A stretch of 64,000 nucleotides of DNA from Balanoglossus misakiensis (taxonomy: Eukaryota > Animalia > Hemichordata), in contig CM082588.2 of NCBI GenBank assembly GCA_040954595.2, positions 3,660,156 to 3,724,155 on the forward strand, written 5' to 3'. Each line of letters starts with the position of its first letter. Position 1 is the stretch's first letter. The position numbers and the translations under genes are program-made. This document shows, piece by piece, positions 54,201 to 64,000 of this stretch. The notes under the pieces were generated by a model. The model made no database searches and was not told the DNA's origin. It saw nothing but the letters and a program-made list of their open reading frames with translations.

Positions 54201-57200
54201 AGAGCATCTATCTCAATTTGCAGGTCAAAATATAATATCATCATTATTTACTATATAGTTAGTACTTGTGACAGGTACAGGCCAGGTTATGACTAATTTT
54301 GATATGACATCAGACCAGTGGTACCATTTCTGTCGAATTGTAGACATTTTTGTGAGAGGGCTGTCACTCTGCATGGTCATGGAAAATGGCGGAATCGTCT
54401 TCAGTACATGGTTTAGCACACTCTCTTTGAAACATTCACAATCTCTCTTAGATTTCCACAATATTCAGGTGTTCTCTAAAACTGCAGTTCTACCAATTCA
54501 ATTGGTAACAGTGAAATATCTTCAGAATATTATGTCTGTGTTGAAGTAGCTAGCACATGAGTGTTTCGGTCCACTTCTTCAAATACATCGGTCATTACAG
54601 TCCACATCCTTGCCCTAACAATCAAGCACTAACACTTTAGAGAACACAAGTATTTGAAAAATCTGCAAGGGAATAACTTGTAGTGTTGTGAAGTGTTGAC
54701 ATTGAGCCGACTTTGTGGCGACACATTGGAATAATGCCCAGTTAAAAATGATTAATGGCCGAAGCAAAATAACCATGAAATCAGCGTGATTTTTATTTTA
54801 ACGATGATGTGATTACAATATTCCAAAGTGCCTGAAAATGATGTCACCTCATGTGCTGTGTTTGATGAGCATCTGACAGCTGGAATGCTGTAACACCATA
54901 TTTACCTGTGCAGAAAGTGTTCCGTGTGTGTGTGTGATTGGGGAGGGGGTCAGCTTGGTTTAAGGGGCTAAGGAGTCAGCCATTTTTGCACAAAGCTATA
55001 TAGTCTCTTTGTCTGTAGACTGTCAAGCAATCAAAATACTAGTAGCAACATGATAATTGTGATTCAACTGACTATAAGTCTGAAAGAATGATTTTTCTCA
55101 ATCCAAACCCTCATACTCCAGAGTTAAGCAATTAAGCTTTTTTATTTGATATTGATTGTTTGATAGCATTTCTTTACAACCCTGGAGAACAAACTTTCCA
55201 ATGTTAATGCTCTCATATATTAATGCCAATGTAAATATCATTGCTGGTAAGGTCAAAGGTATGGCTTTATAGCCTCATAAATAAATCTACATCTAATGAT
55301 TTCAGAGCACCTACTGGAGGGGAGGGGGTTGATAGCATGTTAGCTTAGGAGGGAGGGTGGATGGGTGGTTGGCATGGAGGGTAGTGGGTAGGACGGGAGG
55401 GTGCTAGAATAGACACAAACTGTGCCCATGAATCTGACTACCAAAAGCTAACATGGAGTCATTTATGAAAGTTTTTAAACTCTATCCTTTTGATGCTAGA
55501 CTATGTCTTCTGACTTGCACATTCTGTATTTTTACAACCACGAACAGAAAATAGCACATGCACCATAAATGCCTGACAGCTTGCAAACACCAAAATGGGT
55601 CAAACTTTACAAGGGGGTTGTATATTCCAAAGTGATAAACCTGGTCACAGACAGGGTTTGTTTTTACATGGTTTCTAGTAACCGAGGCTTGTAGGATGCT
55701 AAAGACTGTACTACTAACTGGGTCGGGTAAAGTTTGGTATTTGTGCCCTCCACAGATGGTTCACACTTCACACACTTTTGTTGATATCTGTTTTAAAAAC
55801 GCACAGTGCAATGCAGGTATATATGTGAATTCTTCGTGGTAACTATCCATAGTGGCTATGGCTAAATATGTAGCGAGACGATCACAGGCATTTAAATAAT
55901 TTTATATTAAAGCAATAATTCGCAGACGAAGAGGAATGCACAGCACTGTGCATGGTAGTACTCTTCACAACCTCTTATAGTGATATATAAATTCACACCC
56001 TTCTATGCCAGCCAGCACAGGTTATTGTCGCTGCCAGCAACAGAGTTACTTTGAAGGTCTCCCGGAAGAATATTTGCTTTAATAACCCTAAACCTTTCAT
56101 AACCCTTCTTTAAGGAGCAGTGTGTACACACTCGTGGTGTTTGCTCAGCCCGGTTTATGATGCTGTTGTCTTCAGGCAAACTTTTCACACAGTTAAGCGA
56201 TTGTTCAGTCTTTGGTATCTAGAATACCAGGGAGTCAATGGTCGACCTACAGTTCTAGCAAGACAATTTGTGATATGATTTAAATTTTGTCCTCTGATTG
56301 ACAAATAGTTATGGTGATGCCCTTTTTGTTTCATTATGAAAGGTATAGCAGGCTGACTATAAAATGTGAGAATTCAGGTCATATGACTCAGACAATAGTG
56401 ACTTCACCAAACAATTATGTTTAATGTCCTGAAATGATAAGATAAGAACTATATGCATTCCAGATGCAAATCTCCTTTACTTTTGTTTACATAACACCCC
56501 TGCCCACTATGTGGTTTATGCAAGTGTTCCAAATAAATTTCATCATTAGGCATGTTCTTTCTTATCATTTTGACCCCACCATGTCAACTGACTTGGTCCA
56601 AAAATAATCACTATGGTCAGTCAAATTTAACTTTTAGGTTGCCGTAATGAAAATCCCAGTCTATTTGAGTTCGTACTACACTTGTATAAAACACAATTAT
56701 ATAGAGCGCCCCCTATATGCATTTATTGAGATAAGGGCAGATCCCCAATCTTCTGTTTTCTGTACTATTTTTAGCCCCAAAGGCAAATTCACAATTATAA
56801 AACTATGAAAGTGAATTCAAGCAATATTAATATATAACAGAGAGCAGAAAATAGGGGACACAGATGCAAAATATATGTTCCTGCTTCAAGAAATCTACCA
56901 GCAAGCTGTATGAAGTACTTACAGTTGAAACTGTGGCATATTCTCCACTCGTAACACCAAGGCTAGATCTAATAGTTTGCATGCACTCAGGTAGAGTCCC
57001 AACCACTGTTTCTGATAATTCGTCGGTGCACCGTTCAGGATGGGAAATATCGGTGCTTCTTTCCCAGTGGCTGTGTTCTCTCCAGCACCAAACAATTGCT
57101 CTTCAATGTGCAGGAATACATGGACCTAGAGGTACAAAGACAAATTTGGAGTTGATACAAAAATAGGGGTACTGTATATCAATTTGAGAAGGGTAGTGTA

Positions 57201-60200
57201 TTTGAGTGGAAATACTGCAAAATTCCTGAAAGAGGGGTGGCTTAGATCAGGACAATTTTAGGCATCATATGGTTAAATCCCTGCAGTCATTATTATTTGG
57301 GTGTGGCTTCCATTAGGGATTTCATGGTACCCAACATTAAGATTCTGACAACAATACTGTGACATTATCTGGTGAATGGTGATCCACTGGGTAGTGTGTC
57401 TGGTCCAGCAAGGCTGGTATTTGTATGATGATAGATTGTGAAGGAAGTCCAGAGGCAGAAGGTATAATTAACAAAAAGCTACACTTTGACATCTTTCTCT
57501 AGACTGAAGTCTTACAACACTTGGCAAACAGTGGCTGTTGAATACCAACCAGTGCCTCATGAATATTAACAGCACAGCCATATCACTGTGTCACACCTAC
57601 CATTTCAGATATCATGGTCGGCCACAGCCCCGTCAAGTGCTGGGGAGACATCCTCAGCAAGAGGACCCGGAAACACATGAAGACCTGCTCGTGGACGTTG
57701 GGCACGTTGGTCAGTCTGAGGTTCTCCACCAGTCGCTCCTGGATGTCTGGAAGGAACTTCTGGTACTGGTCGACTTCGCTGCAGAAGATGCTGAAGGAGA
57801 GACGCTTGAGGAGTTGCGCTCGCTGGTCCATTTCTTGCTCCTTGTTGGTGAAGAGGTTCAGTGACGTGCTGTTGTTGATGGCCGCCACTTTACCTGTTGG
57901 AAGTCAAAAAACCTCCACTTAGGATGATGACTACTAGGGATGTCTACTTTTGTTGTGCCCCTTACAATTAATGTCCCATAGAGTTCTATAGATTTTGATG
58001 CTTCTATAGAGTTCAATAGAAAAAAGGGTCCAAAACTACATAGAAGACTATGCATCGGATGCATAGGAAAGATGATGGGATACTAGGTACTTACTCATCA
58101 GATCTCTGTAGGTCGTCTTGTCATGGGTCATCAAGTTATCCACGATGCTTCGCCAACTGAAACCAAGAAAATGTCCACTATGAATTAATGAGATTACACC
58201 TATACCAAAGGGAGGAATATACACATGCACTGGGTTTAATTTTGGGACTACACCCTTCTATCTCTGGGTTCTGCGACACAATCTGCCATGAACTCACCCG
58301 TTGATGCAGATGGCATCCATCTGGAAGAAGCTCTGATCCATGAACAGCTCTATGGTGTCCTTCCTCCAGGCTTTCCGGGTGTACTGGTACCCGCTCAGGC
58401 TGGACAGCAGCGCCACGCAGGCACGGAATGCCGGCATATTGGCAGCGCTGGAAAAAAAACAGTGGGAAGATGAAGATTACCACAGCGAAAGATTTCAGAG
58501 AACATTGACATGCATTGTTACCCATTAGCAACACAGGCACAGAATGACAGACACTGTGTCTTTAATACCTACCTATGGTTCTTGAGATATGGTGTCACGT
58601 TCTGCATGATTTGTGTCAACAAGGGCACAACTTTCTCTTTCTCTTCACTGCCATAGATAACATCCAACATGAGCGACAAATTCTGTAATGGAAAACAAAA
58701 TTCTGATCGTATGCAATAGCATTTTATTGTGCTTACATAAGATGGGATACACAACTGTCCGGTAGACACATTATTTCTATATCAATTTTACTTGAAGAAC
58801 TGCTATAGGATATCCTATATGAACATACTTCACAAGGTATACACACTGGAAATTTGTTGGGTGAATTTTGCCACAAGAGCTCAATGCTCACCTCTGCAAG
58901 TAAAGTCAGTGCCTGGACACTGTATGCTACTTGAGTTGTGGGACTGGACGTTGCGCTTGGTGTGGGGACCTCATGATGGCGACTTGCTTTTGTTGTCGAT
59001 GTTTCTATCTGTGGAGCTGGCAGACTTTCTTCCACTGTAAAGTAAAGAAAACGTGAATACATGTTTGAAGTGTCTGCATTCCACCAGTCGTATAAGTATG
59101 AGACTGTAGTACACTGTGATCTGTAGTATGTGTACTCTCAAAATGGCATCCACTCACAAAAACAAACCAACAACAACAACAACAACAACAAAGAGAAACA
59201 CTTACGATCCAAGTCTTCCACATATCCATCTTGTGGGACCGGTATCACCGATCTCTGTCGCCGGAGCCATCTTGTCTGCCCCAGGGAGGAGCCTGCAATG
59301 TGGTAAATGTTCTCAATCGATTTCTGAGAGATTTCTTGCAAGTCTTTCTGGTATTTCCTGTCAGCAAACCCTGTCATCTTCATGATGAACTCATTCAGAA
59401 TTCTAAAAAAAAAAAAAAAAAACTTGGTTGGTCTAAAATAAAACTGAACATTTTTTTTGCTCTCGCGTACTTCACGAAAATTTATTGTTCGTGAAAATTT
59501 TCCTGTTTTACAGTAATTTAGATTTGTGGGACATGTCAACGGGGAGCATGTCTGATTGCAAACAGCGCCCCCACAGAGTGGACCACACCCATCAGAAACA
59601 GGTACCTGCAGAAACAACAGAACACGACTGAGTCTATTCATAGCTTCGGTATCAATTCATGTCTACACATGGGCCCACATTTAAAACAAAACATGTTCTT
59701 GCTACTGGTTATCAGTTTTTTGTCTGAATGCAAATCACCCTTCAGACATGCATTTCAATTGAGAGAATCAAATTTTGACGTCTGATATACCGGTAGAACA
59801 TTGACATTAGCATATCATTGGAGATCAATTTGAATTTCCCATTTCCAATGAAAACAGTTTTTTTCTGGTTAAATGTGTACAAAATTGAAGCGACCTCAAT
59901 TTAATGGGTGTGGTTAGTAAGGATAGGTGACATTTTTAATAGGTCACATTATGAATCCAGCTCTATAAAACATGAGGTACGAGTGTTATCGTTCTTTGGA
60001 TTTTGGTGTCACCATAACCTGTGTGTGTACTTCTTCAAAATGAGACAAGGTCACGTATAGATTGGTTTCCGATCGCTTACCCAAACAGAAGGAACTGTCC
60101 AGGTGGAGGCAGGTTGAGTTGCAGACTCTCTCGGAGCAGACTCAGTAGGGTCTGCCACGAATCTGACAACTGGGAACTGCTGGTGCGCTGAACAAACTGG

Positions 60201-63200
60201 TAGAAAAACTGCAGAATGTTCACTTCCAAAGATGGCTGGTTCTGCAGAAGAACAAGAAAATACAATGCATTGTGTTTTGTGCTTTGTTTCTAATTCACAA
60301 AAGCCTTTTTCAGTCAACATTTCACATGAAAGATACCAACTCTCATCTTACTACAATGGTTAACAGTTATCATAATGACCTTCATTTTCACAATTTAGGG
60401 ATCGAGTTACAATTAGGCATATGATATTTCAAAAGTCAATCAGTCGATTTTGCTTCGACCCCACTCAAATTTCAAATGGGAGAAAACTGACAATCGTTAC
60501 CTTATCTTTGATTGTGTATGGAGGTCCTTTGATGACATGTCTGATGGTCTGTATCACTGTCTCTGTTGGCATGGCTTTGATTGCGTTGACTAGATCAACA
60601 AGGAGAGATTGCTCCTCATTGGCTTGCGGAATTACGACCACCTGGTTTGGAAAATAAAGTGAAATTAGAGTCATTACATGGTCATGGGTCTTACTTTGAA
60701 ATTCCAAATCTCTGTGCTTAGTTTTTCCAGCCAGATCTGTTCATTTTTTATTGACTTCACACCGCCTCCTGTACAACCAATGAATTCATCTTACCTTGCG
60801 AGTTCCCACCACAGGCCTGTTCAGCTTTCGCCGGTCACTCCACACAACTCCGATTGCACCCAGCAAGTTTATCCCGTGGTGGAGAGCTATGGGACTCAAG
60901 AATTCCATGAGTTGCTGTCTGACAGCCTGTATGGGAGGAAAAGTCAAGTTTTACTTCATATACTTTTCCACAGTATGACTACTGCCAAATTTACCGAGTA
61001 CAACTGTCCCCCTGAATCTTTCATATTTTACCACTTCCTTTCTGCTGTCTAATGGCCCCCCGACCTTAACCCTTTCACCCCCAGTTACCTCTATAGAGGT
61101 CCAACCTTCCCATAGAAAACAATGTATTTGGACTGGACCATAGTGGTGGACGGTTCAAGCATGTACACTAGCTGCTCTCCACTTACCCTAGGTGTTCCTA
61201 TAACCCAGTTAGCTTTCTTCGCCTCTCGCTGATAGCTTCCACTGCGGCTCTCCTCAGCTTCACATGTAGTGATGGCCGACCACAGCACGGCCACGGCCGA
61301 CATGATCCGCGGTAGGATCCCCAGTAGTCCCTTCCTGGCCTCGGTGACGGGGTTTGCGCTCTGCGTACCAGCGCCGGCCACAGCACCCTGTTGATGAAGC
61401 AACGTCCTGGCTGTAGACTCGGCATTCAGAAACAAACATGACTGGTAGCTCTGTTGGGTGCATGTCGGGGGGTGGAGGTGGGTGTGGAAAGAAGGTGGAG
61501 AGGAAAGAGAGAAAGAAAAAGCACACCAAAAGAGAAATGACAAGATGCAAGATGCCGCACACCCGATTTCATTATTCAGAGGAGACAGATGGAAAGAACA
61601 GAAATTGGAACAGATTTGCAATGCAAAATGATGCGGGATGAAACTTCAACAAATTATGCACAAAACCAAATAGCCGCGTGGTAAGCAACAGATCATAAAG
61701 TGTATTAAGCCCATGAGATGCAAAGTACATTGTAGATTGAGAGAAATGATAGAGGTTTGTAAAATCAAATCACAGAAACACAATGTACATAACATGAATA
61801 AATTGGTGAATGTGTCATATGTAATCGTCATGTATTGTCATGTACATTTCAGATTAGGGTATTGTACAAAATCAACGTAATCGCACGTATAGTAATACCA
61901 AAATAACAAGTGGGAGAATATTGGGATTGGTAATGGGCGAGAAAAGTTGGAAGAAAAAGTGAGAAAAGTTTAGTTAGAGAATTGTGCTATATATCAATAG
62001 AAAGCCCTTGAGATAAAGGAAGTTACATTTAAGACCCAAGAGGTTGCAGAGATAGAATTCTCAGAGAGGGGCGACTTCAGGACATTGATTGGCATTTCAA
62101 CTACAATTGATTGGTATTTGCTACAACAAATAAAATGTCATCATTGAAAATCCACAAGAATTTTATAAGACAGGTCACATACAAACTGACTACTTTGCTT
62201 CCTACCTTATTTTTGTCCCCACTCAGTGCACCAATCAGGTTGCTAAGCAACTGCGCCGGGTTGACACTGTCACTGTCGCTGGAGCTGGACGTGGTCACAC
62301 CGTGGCGCGAACTGACCGCTGATAAATTGGCCGTGCTCTCCAGTAGACAGTAGTGACACATGGTGGTCAGACCTTCAAGTAGAGCTACTGCGTGGTCGGG
62401 TGGAATGTACTCCAGTTTGGTCATTGGTCTGGAAGCAATATCATGAGCTATTATTATGAAAGTATGGGAGATAACATACCACAATGAAACCTAAACTTCA
62501 TGATACATTGTATTATAATTCCAAAGATATCGTTCAAGAGTTTGCCAATGTAAATTTTATGAACATCACTGACCTCTTATCCTTCTGGAAACCTCCATTT
62601 CTGTCGTAGAGATATGCTAAACTTTCCAAGTTCTTGCATAGCTGATTGGCCACCGGCACCACAATGTTGCCAAGTCCCTTTTCCATATATGGCAATCCAT
62701 CGGTCACTATGGAAACCCACTGGCGGTGCACGTGGCTCATGTGTGGCTGTCTCAGAGCGCTGAGTATGGCGCATAGGAACATGCCCTGCGAAGCCACTCT
62801 CTCTGACTGGATGAATCGCAGGGAGGACAGTGGCTGTGTGAAGTTCGGCCTCACGTGTTCCCATTCCCCGAGAGCGTCGTTGTCCGCCGCTCGGTCGCTG
62901 CTGTCCTTCAGGGTGAACAGCTGCTCCTCCAAGACCATGATGGTCAGGACCAGCTGCAGGAGGTGGATCTGCACGGCCTGCGAACTCTTGTCGGACATGT
63001 TGAACCCGGCGCTGTACTGCCTCAGTGCCTGCTTTCGGGCGTTCAGCACGGTCGCCAACAGGCAGTGCAGGATGGCTTTCTGGACTTTGCACCTGGACAT
63101 CAGATCCTTGATGAAGGTCGCCGTGCCCTTGCCACTCTCCTTGACCACCTGCACCAGCTCGGCCAGTATCTTCGTCATGATCTCGATGCTCAGAATCTGC

Positions 63201-64000
63201 ACGTCTTTGTTGCCGCGTATGTCGTCCGAGCCCGCCGGCATGTGCTTGGGGTAGTAGCCCCGGATGAAGTACATGCAGACGGACACCAGGATCTCCAGGT
63301 ACGTGTTGCTTCTGAAACTGGCCAGGGCTTCCTGGGGGAGCTCGTCGTAGAAACTCTTCCCCACGATGGATCTGCGGTGGCGGGCCAGGAGGTTCTGAAG
63401 GGTGGCCAGGTGCGGCGTGTGGATGCTACTTATGCTGGTGGAGGAGGCGGCGCACACAAAGGTTCGCGGAATGACCTGCAGGATGTTCCGCAGCGCCGTG
63501 AGGACGTAAATGCTTCTCCGCGAGTCGTACATCTGCTTGTACATCAGCATGTGTTGATGAAGGGGATGAACGCTGTTCAAGGCTCTCTTCGTGTCGGAGG
63601 TCAGCGATGCCATACTGATATGTCTGTGTGGAGAGTCAGGCTCACTCTGCTCCGTGTCCAGTTCCGACAACTTTGTCTCAAAGTTATCCCACTCGAACTC
63701 ATCACCGGCTTCGTCATCAGCACTGTTGCCATGGTAATCATCGTCAAGATGGCTGTCCAGCTCTGGACCTCTGGAAGCGGCAGTGTCTTCGTCCTTGGAT
63801 TCCAGCTCATCGATCTCTTTTCCGTCGGCAAACTCTTTCTCCGGTACCGCGGTATTGATCACGTCGATCAAAATGGCTCTGGCGATTTCTTCTGGAGACT
63901 CGCTCACGCTGTAAGAGAATGCCTCCGGTTCAAACATGGCTCCGCCGTAGATGCTCTCCGGGTCGTCAGTTTCTCCCCTGGCTGTGGTCGAAGCGCCATC
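51231..64000 (-). CDS. DOP1: Protein dopey / DOP1 (Golgi-endosome trafficking), 3' part; 5' end lies beyond the window
   Basis: Exons (-): >64000-62574, 62428-62206, 61387(or 61450)-61187, 60926-60795, 60641-60501, 60241-60081, 59402-59206, 59034-58892, 58682-58573, 58447-58298, 58156-58095, 57893-57601, 57125-56923, 52697-52598, 51587-51231; phases consistent. Dopey motifs [99 protein letters not shown]. Confidence 0.95.
61066..61158. mobile_element. Short piggyBac-like (TTAA-CCC) MITE; related ends at 12230-12257 and 53511-53532
   Basis: TTAACCCTTTCACC ... GGTGGACGGTTCAA imperfect inverted ends; the motif TT(A/G)ACC(C/T)TTTCACCACCATGGT recurs at 12230 and 53511. Confidence 0.45.

Noticed and set aside
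54268-54549. 93-aa ORF with a QWYHFC motif in the long DOP1 intron
   Set aside because: Only a superficial pentraxin/LamG-like hint; no further motifs or linked exons.

Overview
Eukaryotic (animal) genomic DNA: AT-rich, intron-rich, GT-AG introns, metazoan histone 3' stem-loops. It is most likely a bilaterian invertebrate (inference). Exons were assembled by hand with phase-consistent splice junctions. In order the window holds: hnRNP Q/R (SYNCRIP/HNRNPR family, -), SRRM1 (-), two convergent paralogous genes for signal peptide + JmjC/cupin + EF-hand + KDEL/REEL proteins, a classical SDR oxidoreductase (-), a GPI-type Xaa-Pro aminopeptidase (-), a solitary intronless histone H1 (+), and the 3' part of DOP1/Dopey (-). 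The most unusual element is at 44450-44775, about 1 kb upstream of H1. It carries a near-identical copy of an H1 promoter element, a TATA box, a 25-codon strongly hydrophobic ORF, AATAAA and a perfect histone stem-loop, so it may be a non-histone micropeptide gene with replication-histone-type control. Other highlights are the probably ER-lumenal, Ca2+-sensing JmjC oxygenase pair, candidate poison exons in SRRM1 and a candidate alternative last exon of hnRNP Q/R. No database searches were run.
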